The notes beneath the pieces are model-generated. The model did not search any database. It had not been told where the DNA came from and worked only from the letters and a program-made list of their open reading frames with translations. The position numbers and the translations under genes were made by a program. A stretch of 62,658 nucleotides of DNA, the filler included, from Chiloscyllium plagiosum (lineage: Eukaryota), in assembly GCF_004010195.1 (NCBI RefSeq). It is 5 parts of one record of this genome, joined end to end, with 100 filler letters (N's around TTAATTAATTAA, not from the genome) between each part and the next. Parts side by side here need not be neighbours in the genome. Positions count along the whole stretch, not along the records: positions 1 to 18,573 come from NC_057712.1; 4 more parts are not named here. The stretch is one strand, 5' to 3'. Below are positions 1 to 13,680 of the stretch, piece by piece; the first letter of the stretch is position 1, and each line of letters starts with the position of its first letter.

Positions 1-89
1 TGTGTGTGGTGGGTAGGTGGTGTGTGTGTGTGTGTGTGTGGTGGGTAGGGGTTGTCTGTGTGTAGTGGGTAGGGTGTTTGTGTGTGTGT
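1..89. repeat. (TG)n / GT-rich microsatellite
   Basis: TG runs interrupted by GGTGGGTAGG units. Confidence 0.9.
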
Positions 90-484
90 ACAACAAGTTT
101 ACTACCGTCTTTCCAGTTGGTCCATGTCTCCACTATCCTGAACGTGAAATTCCAAATACCATTTCAGGTCACAGTATATATTGGTCTTGGCTTTGAATTC
201 TTTATTCAGCTTGATACTGCTGCACTATCAAATCCTACCTTCACAAACTGCAATCTTGCAAAAATTGCACACATTTCTATTGAGAGTTGACGAAAGTATA
301 ATATTTCAAACTTCACTCTCAAATTGCAATCTACATGCCTCTACTATAATTTACTCAGCAATTCTCCAATACGTACCCAAGTGATACTGTTATGAGATGT
401 CACTGGTAGAATTTGAATTCAGTGCAGATGTGTGGAGCAAATGTTTTCTCTAATGATTCTTCATGTCCTAATTAAAATTGATAA

Positions 485-1034
485 TTTGTGATTTTGTAGA
501 AGATTTGTAGCTCAAGTTGTGGATCAGGTTGTAAATTTGCTCACTGAGCTTGTTCTCAGATGCTTTGTCACCGTGCTAGGTAACATCATCAGTGAGTCTC
601 CAATGAAGTGCTGGTGTTCTGTCCCATTTACTATTTATGTGTCTTGTTCTGTTGTGGTGGGTGATAGCACTTCCAGTTCTGTTTCTGAGAGGTTGGTAAA
701 TGGCGTCCAAATCCATAAATTTATTAATGGAGCTCTGGATTGAATGCCAGGCCTCTAGAAATTCCCATGCGTGTCTTTGCTTAGCCTGTCCCAGGGTGGA
801 TCTATGTCCCAGTCTAACTGGTGTCCCTCTTTGTCAGTGTGTATGGATATTAGTGATAGTTGGTCATGTCTTTTGATGGCTAGTTGGTGCTCATGTATCC
901 TGGTAACCAAGACAATAATAAATAGCAAACAGGACATAACACCAACACTTCATCTGAGGCTCACTGATGTTACCTAGTATGGTGACAAAACATCTGAGAA
1001 TAATTAAACCAGCTCAGCAAGTAAATATATAACC
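485..1034 (-). mobile_element. Penelope-like element 3' fragment with inverted pseudo-LTR (fold-back)
   Basis: Minus strand reads TRIHEHQLAIKRHDQLSLISIH..EFLEAWHS, the C-terminal part of a GIY-YIG endonuclease. Inverted arms ~525-650 and ~905-1034. Perfect 12-bp TSD TAAAATTGATAA at 473-484 and 1035-1046. Confidence 0.8.
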
Positions 1035-2869
1035 TAAAATTGATAAGTCTTTCAACCTAGTTCTTATTGCACACACACACATGGAACAAAGCTGCCCAAG
1101 GTTATCAGTAAAGCATGCCAGAAAGGGATAAGGATGGACTATTTAGGAAAAAATAAAAATGCACGTAATTTACAATAAGAGACTGTTCTTTGGAGAGTTA
1201 GCCAGTATCACATTGTTCAAGTGATGCATTATTTTCAGCCTGTGCTGAACCTGACAATTTTATGTAATGCTGGAGAGTGTGTGTCATTTTTGCAAGATTT
1301 CTTTTAGTGATTCAGTTTAATGTTGGAGACAGAAAATGTCATCCCTCATCTCAACAAATGGCAGCATGATAAATAGGTGAGGTGACCACGTTTTGCCAAT
1401 ACAAGGGGCTAAACTTGGCTGTAGCAAAGCACCTAACAGCATCTTCTGTTTACTAAACATTATTGTTCAATTTTAGAAGTTTTATGTGTTGAAAATTTCT
1501 AAAACTATAAACTGATAACATCACAGTGAGAAAAAGCAAGCATCTGAGCTGAGTGACCACACAAGCAGCTGACTACCACCTCACAGAATTAGATTGCAGA
1601 ATTGGCAAGTCAACAGGGCAAAGATAGTAGATGAACTTTTGACTTGAACTCTGTCAGATCAGGTAAAGGAAAGGAATAAAAAGAGGAAAAGAAAGACTGG
1701 ATTAAAGAAGAAATAGAAAGGGAAAAGAAAGGGCAAGTATATAAATACTGAACTGAAACTCCATACTCACCATAGTTAATTTTAAGAACCAGAGAGTTTG
1801 ATTGAGAGTAAATAGTAATTAGCTATGAGGTTAAAAGTGTAATAACATTAGCGATAACACAACACAACCTTTTGGCAAGTGCAGTTCACATCTACCATAC
1901 AATCGTGCTATTTTCCAGTATTGGCCATCATTGTCCATTTAAAATTTCTAAGACGCTCAGCTTTCACAGATTTTCTGCTGAGACATATTTACCATCCTCC
2001 GTCGAAAGAAATTAGAGTACATTGTGCCAGCTGCTCTGAATCGTTAGTAAATTCATTTGTGGTTTAAGAGAGTAGAATTCTGGGCAGTTGCATTTAAGCT
2101 TGCATCGATCGAGGAAGTACGTGTCAGAAGTAAAGTAGTTTCAGTGGAGTATAGTTACATATCAGAAGTGAAATTGTTTACCTGTCCACCATATATGCCA
2201 TCCATTGTGAATAACGTTACATAGAATGAGACAAGGTCATTTAATTCCTTGATCCGCTCGAACATTCAAAAAGATCGAGGATGATCTGTATGTCGATTCC
2301 ATCTGCTCTCATTGACAAGATGGTTCCCTTTGTAAGGGCCTATTGGCAATAGCCTGGAAAACTGAAAGGCTTCCAGTTAACTTCCTGACATCCCTCTTGC
2401 TGTCCAATCTTATTAGCCACAGGACTGGTGCACATCAGCTCCCCACCGGAAGCCCGAGGGAGATGGTTATGAAACCAATTACAGACCACCACTAACTTCG
2501 ACAGAGAGCTTTGAGGTCATGGAAGCTGCCACCCAAAAGAAGACCTTGATGGCCTTCCTGCAAATTCTTGTGTGAGACCCTACTTGCTGAACATTCCACA
2601 GTCACAAGCAGGCCTCCCATCATAGGCAATGGCCACTCTCATAACATTGGCATTGCCTTCCTTAGTGACACCAACCCATCCCTTGCCAGTGCTTGCCTGT
2701 CTGGCCCAGGCACAGTCTAATTACCTACCTTCAAGGGTGCATTGTCATTGATGCACATCCATGTTGCAAAATTCATCCACTTCGAGTCCTTCCACCTGTA
2801 TTTTCACCCGGCTGATCTGGCATACATTTTCAAGATGCTTATTCAAAACAGCAATGATCAGGCTGATGG

Positions 2870-3246
2870 GGATGCGTACTTTTGCAAATGCTTAAAAGGA
2901 GACTTAGCATGGATGCCAAAAGGAACAAATATTATAGTCAAAAACTCTTTGGCAGCATGGTTTCACAAAAGCATTGAGAGAATGACTACCTGTTGTGGTT
3001 GAGGGATAAACGTTGATCAGAAAAATGGAGAGTACTGCAAGGGTTTCTCTGAAATTATCCATATGATCTTTTATGTCAATCCATAATATTAAATAGGATT
3101 TCAGCTCAACATATCAATTAAAAGGTGCCATGTTCGATAATGTAATGTCTTATAGGTACCCAAGTGTTAGCCGGGATTATGTGCTCAAATTTCAGGAGTG
3201 GGGATTGAAGCCACACTTTCTGCCTCAGAGATACCAGTTCTCCTAA
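2870..3246 (-). mobile_element. degenerate DeuSINE-like (SacSINE1-type) SINE
   Basis: Reverse complement resembles a tRNA-like head plus Deu domain (GGTTGAGGGATAAA...GATCTTTTATGTC on +). Heavily decayed. Confidence 0.5.
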
Positions 3247-4082
3247 ATCAAGGATGACTTTCTGACATCTAAAATGAATCAATATTGTTTCAACCTCAGA
3301 GATACATGCTGATAAAAACTGACAGGAAAAGAGCATCAAGCAGCAGGCGAAAGAGAATTCACCTAATGCACAAACTTGAGTTAAGCAAGGCAAAACCAGA
3401 AGCAGAGATTTTCAAATCTCATAAATCTGCAGCATAGCGTTAAGTGGTACTAATATTCAATGAGCAGCTTATGAAAGTCCTAGAAACAAGTTAATACAGT
3501 CAGTAAATCAAGAACTGTGCTACAAAATTGCAAGGGGAATTTGGAGAGAGATGAATTTATATTAATCCATATTAATTCATAATGACACCGGTACTAGGGC
3601 ATTGGATGATTATCTTTAATAAAAATAGCAGACAAAGGTACAGGTAAAAAGCAGCAGATTGACATTAAGTAAGGATGCTTTTTTGAAGAACTGGAGTTGG
3701 CAGGATGGTACAACGTGTCTCCTTCTGGGCCATAAGGCATCTGTGATATCTCTACACATTGGGAGTAGAGTGCTAAGTATTTTGAGGCCTATCTTCTATT
3801 TTTGCAGACCACAGGCTGAAGAGAGGTGACTGCAAATTTCCCCATTGCTCGAAGTGTTTTGACTCATAAATGTGGAAGGAATCACACACAGCCAACTCCG
3901 TAACATATATTTCTTTTCTGTTTTTATTCCTGTTACAAAAACTAGCCAACTGCCACATAGGTAAATAACTGAATGCATCAGCAACATACAGATCATTAGA
4001 TTCCCACTTGTGTAAAAGTGACAACAATTACCATTGTGTGAAATAATTATGTCAAGTATACTTTTACATAATACAACTTTTG

Positions 4083-4455
4083 GAGGAGATGGTTGTGAAA
4101 TGGCAATATCATTGGACAAAAATCAGGCTCCTGGTTTTGGAACATCAATTGAAATCTCACCACATCAGTTATTGAAATGTAAGTTCATGAATAATATCTG
4201 GAATGTAATAGTGAACATGAAACAGTCAGTGATTGCCATAAAACCCAACTGGTTAACCAAAGTACTTTGGGAAAGGAAAAGTGCCATCCTTATCCTGTCT
4301 GGTCTACAAGTGACTCCAAGCCCATGGCAACTGAGTTCATGCTTAACTGCCTATAAAATAGCTGAGCAAACCACAGAGTTCAAGGGAAAATAGGGATGGG
4401 TAACAAATGCTGGAATTGCCAGTGATACTCCAATCCCATGAAAGATTTTTTAAAA
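4083..4455 (+). mobile_element. old SINE with LINE-derived 3' tail
   Basis: Ends in TAGGGATGGGTAACAAATGCTGG...CCCATGAA. Similar tails recur at ~14483-14550 and ~24960-25030. Confidence 0.5.
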
Positions 4456-5613
4456 TCCTAGATTCCAAAATGACAATACTATAAATACATGAAAACAAAA
4501 TGATCCTAATCTTATTTGTTCAAAGAAAAGTCTACTGACTAAACCAAAATATTGGAATGCAATCGTGTAAAATAGGTCATATCAAAGTTATACTGCTTGT
4601 GTAATTGCAGCTTTAGAAATAGTCATTAATTAGAACCATTACTGCATATGCAACTGCTTTTTAAATGATTACAGTTTTATAAATTATAAAATGTTTGTGT
4701 TGAAGTATCTATTAAAACACCAATTAGAAAACAGATTCAATTTGGCATTGAGAAGATTTCACTTCTCAATAGTATAATACCCAGTGGATACAAATCCACT
4801 TATACATAATGCCTTCAAGTACAATTCAAGTATTTTGTACACTGTGCATCAAATAAACTAAAACAACGCAGTTCTTTTTATTTTTGTTGAGCTATCATTA
4901 CTATAATCACTGGTGATATTTCATTAAAACCTGGAATGAATTTACAGGATGCTGCAAACAAATTTCTACAGTAAGTATCACATAAAATAGATTTAATTTA
5001 ATGAAAAAGTACAAAGAAATTCAGCCATTTAGGAGCTTACATTAAGCATTAATGCTTTTTATAAGGCATTAAACTAATCTGTCTGTTGGTTCACTTTGAA
5101 TTCAGAAATGTAATGATATACACTGTGTTCATCGATAGATGGGTCCAAATGGCTAGTCAGTGTCAACGTATGTAATGAAAAATCTAAGTTTGATTGACAT
5201 CCCTATCAGGCATTTGCTTTTACCCAAGAGTTATGCAGACATGTGAGACAGCTGTTACAAACAAATCAGCAAACACCTTGTTCAATTTATTGGCACAAAT
5301 ACTGTCAAAGTTAATTTTTAGTGATCCTACTCAGATGAAAATGAGAGTCAAGGAATTCAAACAGTCAAACGACAAAGTATCTGATTCCTTTTATAAAATA
5401 TTATGAGTATATTAAATGAAAGCTGGAACCTTCTCACTTCCTGAACAATGTGGGAAATTATGAAGTCAATTAGAAAAATACAGTGAGCTTGGCAGAAATG
5501 AGATTCTTGACATTGAAAAGAAAATGTTCAATTTTCAACCATGTTTTAACCGGCGAGTCAAGAATTTCACTAGTGAGCTGCAACAGGCCGATGTGCATCC
5601 AGTTGTGTGCATC

Positions 5614-5661
5614 ATCATGTAATTAGCATATCAAAGGTATTTGATATGCTAATTACATGAT
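5614..5661. repeat. perfect 22-bp inverted repeat with 4-nt loop
   Basis: ATCATGTAATTAGCATATCAAA-GGTA-TTTGATATGCTAATTACATGAT. Confidence 0.95.
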
Positions 5662-5877
5662 ATGCAGTTTACCATTCACTCATCCACCTGATAGAAACTC
5701 AATGCCAACAATTACCAAGGTGAAAGTAAGGAGGGATACCTGGTTGTTCCAGCTCCCCACTTGCTCCTCCCACCCTCCATCTTGGACAGCAGACAGATAA
5801 TTTCATGGCACACTTTAATTCCATGGGCAGCAACCACCCACAACCCGTGGAGGTTGGCACCTGACATGTTTCAGCAG

Positions 5878-6000
5878 TCCTGAAGAAGGGTTACCCTTGA
5901 AACATCAACTTCTCCACCTCTGGATGCTGCCAGGCTTGCTGTTTTCTTCCAGCCTCCTGTCTGTATGTTTTGAATTCCAACATCTGTAGTTTTTATGTCT
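5878..6000 (+). mobile_element. PLE pseudo-LTR fragment with degenerate hammerhead core
   Basis: CCTGAAGAAGGGTTACCCTTGAAACATC followed by GGATGCTGCC...TTCCAGC, as in the other PLE repeats here. Confidence 0.6.
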
Positions 6001-7520
6001 CTAACCTGACATGTAACAGCTTCATCGCACCCTCATGCCACATCTCTGGCCCAAATACAATACATTTGCAATTCATTTGGAGTACAATGGCACATAACTT
6101 TGTAATGCTGGTGTCAGGATACTTTGCATACAGGGGCAAGCACCCATCTCCTAGGTTCGGCCCTGTATCACATGTCTCCTCGTTTGCTTTCTTGGTGCTC
6201 ACTTACTTTGAACCTACTTGGATGCTCATAGTGTTTCAGTCTGCGCTGGCTTCACCTTGTCTTTTTGTACTTTTTTACCTGCTCAGCAAGAGCTTAAAGG
6301 CTCACAGTTCTTCAGGCTGCCAGTTCCTGTCATATGTCAGCACATCTAAACATATTTACTCAAACATAAAATGGGAGCATTAAAACAAAAACAAAATGAT
6401 ATGATGGTTATTCCCTTACTACTGCTGCACAGAAGGTCTGCCTGCATATTCTTGCTCTTCAGCTTTGCTGTGAATCATGGGAAGAAAATTTTAAAGAATC
6501 AATTTGATAAAAGAAATATTTTTCACATTGAAGAATTGCATTATTTAAAGTGGCAGTTTCAATGTACAAGGAAAAATATTTATGATTATTCAGCTATTGT
6601 AACAAAGAGAAACGCATGTTTTATGTATCATGGCTTCAATTAAGTTTCTAGTCCCCATTATGCAAACAAACCCATATAAACTTTCATTTGTAATCATCTA
6701 ATATCATAAGTACAAAAAAACTATGATACAATTATATCTATAATACTTCGATTTTATGCATATTTTTAATGAATGCTTCAATGAATAAACAACACTGAGG
6801 AGGGAAAATAGCTCTGTTTGTGACATTTTAGCTAGATTCATTCAAATATTTACTGTTTGGGATTGCTGGTAAAACCATAAACATACTGATTTTTCTCATG
6901 CTTCCAAATTTTTATACATACTGACAGAAGAAAATCATTTTGAATGCATCTAGGATACTGCTATTTATTGCATAGAGCATTCTTTCTTTTCTAATTATTT
7001 TGGCATTCTAAATGTGAACGTAGACATATCTGAAAGCTAATTTACCCAACACTTCTCTTTTAACCGATCATGAAATATTGACTTAAATATTAGCCAACCA
7101 TTTTAATGGCTTCATGTTCTATTTTCTTTGTAAAGCTATTGACATGTACTGGAATATCAAAAGTAACACAATCCCAAAAGAACAGAAAACTTACTATTTT
7201 ATTTAAAAGTCTATTGCCTCTGGCTATTACCCTTGCAATAGGATAATTAAAAATAAATATCACAACAAAATACAGAGTAAAAATTACACTATTTTGAAAT
7301 TTATTTGCACTCTTACATCTGAGATAATATTTATATCCAGATTTAGTACTCGAGATTAATTGCTCTCACTTATTTAGAACCTTGACTCTCAGTGAGGCAA
7401 CATCAAGACTTTTAAGAGGTTATTTTTACTTTCAGGTCAGCCAGCCTGCCCAGCAGTAAAGAAACCCTAACAGTTTTAAGAGTCTGATCTGAGGGGTAAG
7501 ATAGGAGTTTCCTATCTTAA

Positions 7521-7716
7521 AAAGTCATAAAGTTGCCATTGTCCCAGAGGACTGTTCTGTCATTAGAGAGAGAGAGACATCTTTTTTTAAAATCTGAGGT
7601 GAGGGGAAGGGTTGAGCAGGAGTGTCCTTCACAGTAACATCACTTGGAGAAGGATTTGAACCCACACTGTTAGTACCGCTCTAAATCACATTCAGTCAAG
7701 TGAGCTAACCAACCCT
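7521..7716 (-). mobile_element. probable tRNA-derived SINE, family undetermined
   Basis: Reverse complement has A/B-box-like GGTTAGCTCAC...GGGTTCAAATCC. A similar head lies near 44090-44170. Confidence 0.4.
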
Positions 7717-8920
7717 CATATTTACACCTGAATTATAACTCAAGCCAAAATCTAGCTACTACAATATTAGATGATGAGTCTTGTATGAAATTAAGATTAA
7801 AACAGCTCAAGAGTTATGCTGCTTAACCTAGATGCCTATATGTTTATGCCGATGACAAAACAGTAACTTCAGCAAGCCAAAAGTGTATTTTTTCTGGGAT
7901 TAACACTGCTCTTTCATATGGTGATCCAACTCTAGAGTAATTGGACAGGTTAGTGGGTACTTTAAATGACATCAATTTCTTACTTGCAAATTATTGAAGA
8001 ATTATACATTGACATTTTTCTTAATGCTATTGAGACCAATGAATAAAGCCTCACAGAAACTCATTCACTATGTAATCAAACTTCTATAGAGAGTAACAAA
8101 GCTTTATGATCTACTTACCCAGCATCATTGCTTGATGCCATTATTGACACCAGAAATTTCATTCCTTTTGTGTGCGGAACAAACAGCTGAAAAACTACCA
8201 ATAAAACAATAGTTTTGGGATTTTACTTTGAATTAAGACACGTCAGTGACTCACCCATTACGTACTGAGCAACCACCAAGTCATGTCTCTGCAACATCTG
8301 TATGTTTTGTAGTTACCATCATCTGCTTTTGACTATTAGGCACCTAAAGTCAAAATTATGGCTGTTAATAGCATACACTAATTAAGATATTCACTTCTCA
8401 AAAGAAGCCTTGGCAGTGGTGATAAGAATTGCAACTGGAAGTAAAAGCAACAGTTTTCCTTGGAGTTACTTCCACTTTGCAAGCACTACATCACTGAAAT
8501 TGTGGCAGATACCTTATTTACATGAAAATAAAGTGATAATGTTTGTTAAAACAATACAACAGCAATTTTACCACAGCAAGATTCACTTGGGTGCTATCGG
8601 AGGGAACTAAGCCATTTTTACTCAGCATGGAGCATTCATTCATGTCGAAAAAGATATAACAATGATCACATGAAAGATGTTAATTTTAAATTTAACCACA
8701 GTACTATTTGAAAACCTACAGATAAAGGGAAACATGAAGCAATCTTGGCTAACTCATCATAAAAAAACACGAAGTAGCAGTGATAGTAAATAACAATTAT
8801 TTGTGTTATTCTAGTAACATTATGTTCATAATATTCACATTATTAGGGAGTATTTGTTTGCATACAGAAAAGATTGGTCATTGATGCTAGTCTTATAAAT
8901 CAATAATGAAAAAAACAATT

Positions 8921-9468
8921 TGTAGCTCTACAGGACATTGGTAAAGCCACTTTGAGAATACTTTGTACAATTCTGGTCCACCTCCTATAGGAAGGACATT
9001 GTTGAACTTCAGAGGATGTGGAAAAGATTTACTGGGATGTTGCCAGCACTGGAGGGTTTGAGTTATAAGGAGAAGCTAAATAGGCTGGCACATTTTTTAT
9101 CACTAGATTGTCAGAGGCTGAGAGGTAACCGTATCGAGGTTTATAAAATCATGAGGGGCATGGATAGGGTGAATAGCTAAAGTCTTTTTGTAAAGTCCAA
9201 GACTTGAGGGCATAGCTTTAATGTGAGAGGAGAACGATTTGAGAAGGATCTGAGGTATAATTTTTTCACACACAGGGTGGTGTGTGTATGGAAAGACCTG
9301 CTCGAGGAAGTGTTGGAGGTTGTTGTAATTACAATATTTAAAAGGCATCTGGAAGGGTATGTGAATAGGAAGGGTTTAGAGGGATATGGGCCAAGTGTTG
9401 GGACTAGGTCAGATTGGGATGTTTGGTCGGTGCGGACAAGTTGGACCGAAGGGTCTATTTCCTGCTCT
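8921..9468 (+). mobile_element. CR1 (HER1-like) LINE 3' fragment
   Basis: LYRTLVKP..QFWS..; RGERFEKDLRYNFFTHRVVCVW; 3' UTR ending GGACCGAAGGGTCTATTTCC. Confidence 0.85.
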
Positions 9469-9957
9469 CTGGCAATGCCATTAGGGAGGGATTTCCAAGA
9501 TTTTGATCTAGCGACACTGAACAAGTGGGGATATAGTTCCACTGCTGAATGGTGAGGAGCTTGAAGGAGAACTTGCAGGTGGTGGTGTTACAGCTTTTGA
9601 AAACTTCGAATCTAGTAGAGGATAATTTGTCCTCTCGATTTTTTTTCTCTTCAATCCAAACAAATTTGCTCAAGCAAGTGATGGATCAGAACGTGTAACA
9701 TCTATAAGATTCTACCTCGGCTATTTGCGATCTCAATGAAGTAGATTTGAGAAGACTAGGTTAGAAATGGTCTATGGTACACTGCCTAGAAATAGATTGG
9801 CGTAGATTGAGGTCTGACACATATTACATAGAAAAGTACAGCACAGAACAGGCCCTTTGGCCCACCATGTTGTGCCGAGGATTAATCCTAATGTAAAATA
9901 AAGTAACTTAACCAACAAACCCCTCAATTCATTGCCATTCATGTGCATATCCAGCAG

Positions 9958-12560
9958 TCACTTAAATGTTCCTAATGACTCTGCTTCCACCATGACCACT
10001 GACAAAGCATTCCATGCATTCACAACTCTCTGCATAAAGAACCTACCTCTGACATCCCCTCTATACCTTTCTTCTAATATCTTAAAACTATGACCCCTCA
10101 TGCCAGTCAATCCTGCCCTGGGAAAAAGTTGCTGGCTACTGACTCTATCTATTCCTCTCATTATCTTCCAGAGAGAAAAGTCCAAGCTTAGTCAACCTCT
10201 CTTCATAAGGTAAGCCTTGCAGTCCAGGCAGTATCCTGGCAAACCTTTGTTGCACACTCTCCATAGCCTCTATATCTTTCCTATAATATGGCGACCAGAA
10301 CTGGACATAATATTCCAAGTGTGGTCTCACCAGGGACTTGTAGAGTGGTAGCAAAACCTCACAGCTCTTAAACTCAATCACCTTGTTAATGAAAGCCAAA
10401 ACACCATATGCTTTCTTAACAACCCTATCCACTTGGGTGGCAACTTTGAGGGATCTATGTACTTGAACACCGAGATCCCTCTATTCTTCCACAGATTAAA
10501 GAATCCTGTCTTTAATCCTATATTCAGCATTCGAGATCTCTCTGTTCTTCCACAGATTAAAGAATCCTGTCTTTAATCCTATATTCAGCATTCGAGTTCG
10601 ACCTTCTAAAATGCCTCACTTCGCAATTATCAGGTTGAACTCCATTTGCAATTTCTCAGCCCAGATCTGCATCCTGTCTCTGTCATGCTGCAGCCAGCAA
10701 TAGCCCTCAATACTATCGATGGCACCTCCAACCTTAGTGTCATCTGCAAAATTGCTAACCCACCCCTCTAACACTACTCAACACTGACCTCCAGACAGAA
10801 TACTTTCCATTTACAACCACTCTCTGCCTTCTGTCAGCCAACCAATTCTGACTCCAGACAGCCAAATCTCCCTGTATCCCATACTCCCTGACTTTATGAA
10901 TGAGCCTACCATGGAGAACCTTATCAAATGCCTTGATGAAATCCATATACACCACATCCACTTTTTGACCTTCATTGACCTGTCTTGTCACCTCCTCAAA
11001 GAACTCAATAAGATTTATGAGGCATGACCTATCCCTCACAAAGCCATGCTGACTGCCTTTAATCACGCTATGCTTTTCCAAATAGTCATAAATCCTATCC
11101 CTCAGAATTTTTTCCAAAACTTTGCTGACCACAGATGTAAGACTGACTGGCCTGTAATTGCCAGGGATTTCCCTATTATCTTTCTTGAGAAGAGGAACAA
11201 CATTCACCTCCATCCAATCCTCTGGTACGACTCCCGTGGAGAGTGAGGAGGCAAAGATCTTCACCAGCAGCTTAGCAACCTCCTTTCTCACTTCCCAGAG
11301 CAACATACGATAAATTTGATCTGCCTCTGGGAACTTGTCAATCTTAATGTTTGCCAAAATTTCCAGTACATCAACTTCATCAATCTTGATCTGGCCAAGC
11401 CTGTATCCCAGCTCAACCTTCTCATTCACAACAAGGTCCCTTTCCTTAGTGAAAACCAAAGCAAAAAACTCATTTAGAGCTTCCCCTATCTGCTCAGACT
11501 CCACACAAAAGTTCCCTACGCTATCCCTGATTGGCCCTACCTTCTCCCTGATCATTCTCTTATTCAACACATATGAGTTAAATGCCTTTGGGTTTCCCCT
11601 AATCCTTCTTGCCAAGCCTTTTTCGTGCCCCACCCCGGCTCTCATAAGTCCATTTCTGAGCTCCTTTCAAGCAAGCCTGTAATCCTCTAAAGCTGTGCTA
11701 GATCCTTGCTTCCTCTACTTTATATAAGCTGCCTTCTTCCTTTTGACGAGAAGCTCCTCTGTTCTCGTCATCCAAGGTCCTTTAATCTTACCCCTTCTTG
11801 CCTGTCTCAGAGGAACAAATGTGTGCATCATTCGCAACAACTGCTCCTTAAGCAGTCTCCACATATCTGCTGTGCCCTTTCTGTGGAACAATTGCTCCCA
11901 GTCTGTACTTCCCAACTCCTGTCCGAGAGCACCATAATTTCCTTTTCCCCAATTAAATAGCTTCCTATGGTAACTGCTCCTTTCCCTCTCCAAGGCTATG
12001 GTAAATGTGAGGCAGTTGTGATCACTGTCACCAAAGTCTTCTCCCACCACGAGATCTGACACTTTTCCTGGCTCATTGCCGAGCACCAATTCCAAAATGG
12101 CCTCTCTCCTCGTCGGCCTGTCCACATACTGAGTAAGGAAATCCTCCTGAACACACCTGACAAAAATAACTCCATCCAAACCATCTGCACAAAGGAGGTT
12201 CCAGTCAATATTGGGAAATCTGAATTCACCCATAACAACAACCCTGCTACATCTGCATTTTTCTAAAATCTGCCCACCTATGAGTTCTTCAATCTCTCTA
12301 CTGCTATTAGGAGGTCTGTAGAAAACCCCCAATGGGGTGGCTGTTCTCTTCCTGTTTCTAACTTCCACCCCATACTGGACTCAGTAGACAAACCTTCCTC
12401 AACAACCTTTGTTCCTGTAGCTGTGATACACTCTCTGATTAGCAATGCTACACCCCTTCCTCTTTTTCCACCTTCCCTGTTCTTTTCAAATGTTCTAAAC
12501 CTTGGAACATCAAGCAACCATTCCTGTCTCTATGAAACCCATGTCTCTATTATGGCCACA
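9958..12560 (-). pseudogene. CR1 ORF2 (APE endonuclease + reverse transcriptase), frameshifted
   Basis: YRPPNS, VVMGEF, DSDHN (EN); NYRPVSLTSVVSK, QHGF, YMDFIKAFDKV, RPHLEYYVQFWSP (RT). Confidence 0.9.
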
Positions 12561-12728
12561 TCATAGCCTCAAGTATTGATGCATGCTCGAAGTTCACCAC
12601 TCTTATTTCAGACACTCCTTGCATTAAAGCAGACACACTTTAACCGATTTGTTTGTTTCTTCGCATGAGAAACCTTCCCGATAGATTCAATATATCCTGT
12701 CACTGTTCTGTCTGCTACTGACCCCCTC

Positions 12729-13680
12729 TCATGTGGCTCTGATTCCACCCCCATGCCAAACTAGTTTAAACCCTCCTGAACCACACAAGCAAATCTCCCA
12801 TCTAGGATATTTGTGCCCCTCCAGTTCAGGTGCAACCCATCCTTCATGTACAGGTTCCACTTTCCCCTGAAGATAACCCAATGGTCTAGGAATCTGAAGC
12901 CCTCCCTCCTGCACCAGCCTCGCAGCCTCGTGTTAAGCTGCATTTACTGACTGTCCCTCATCTTACTATCTCGTGGCACCGGTAGCAAACCTGAGATCAC
13001 TACTCTATTCGTCCTGTTCTTCAGCTTCCAACCTAACTCTCTGTAGTCCCTTTCCTGGCTATATCATTGGTGCTAATATGTACTACGATTTCTGGCTGTT
13101 CACCCTCCCCCTTCAGGATCTTGTAAACCCGATCAGCAATATCCCAGACCCTGGCACCGGGGAGGCAGCATACATTCTGGGAGTCCCATTCCTGACCACA
13201 AAATCTCCTGTCAATCCGTATAACTATTGAGTCCCCTACCACTAGTGCTTTTCTATTCTCCCCCCTTCTCTTATGAGCCACAGTGCCAGATTCAGTGCCA
13301 GAGACCTGACAACTATGGCTTTCCCCTGGTAGGCCATCCCCACCAGCAGTATCCATAATGGTATACTTATTGCTAAGGAGAACAGCCACAAGATATCCCG
13401 GCTCTGACCGTCGGTTCCTTTTCCTCCCCCTGACTGTAACCCAGCTGTCCTTATCCTGTGTCTGAGGAATGACCACCTCCCTATACATCCTCTCAATTTC
13501 TCCCTCAGCCTCCCAGATTATCCGTAGTTCATCCAGTTCCAGCTCCAGTTCCCTAACTCGGTTTTCGAGGAGCTGGAGTTGAGTGCACTTCCCACAGATG
13601 TAGTCAGCAGAGACATGTGAAGTGTCTCTCACCTGCCACATTTTGCAGGATTAAACTGCAACTGCCCTAACATCCATATC
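12729..13680 (-). pseudogene. CR1 ORF1 (Zn finger/leucine zipper + SGNH esterase-like), frameshifted
   Basis: YICGKCTQLQLLENRVRELELELDEL; LVVGDSIV; CCLPGARV; VVHISTNDI; DGLHLN. Confidence 0.88.
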
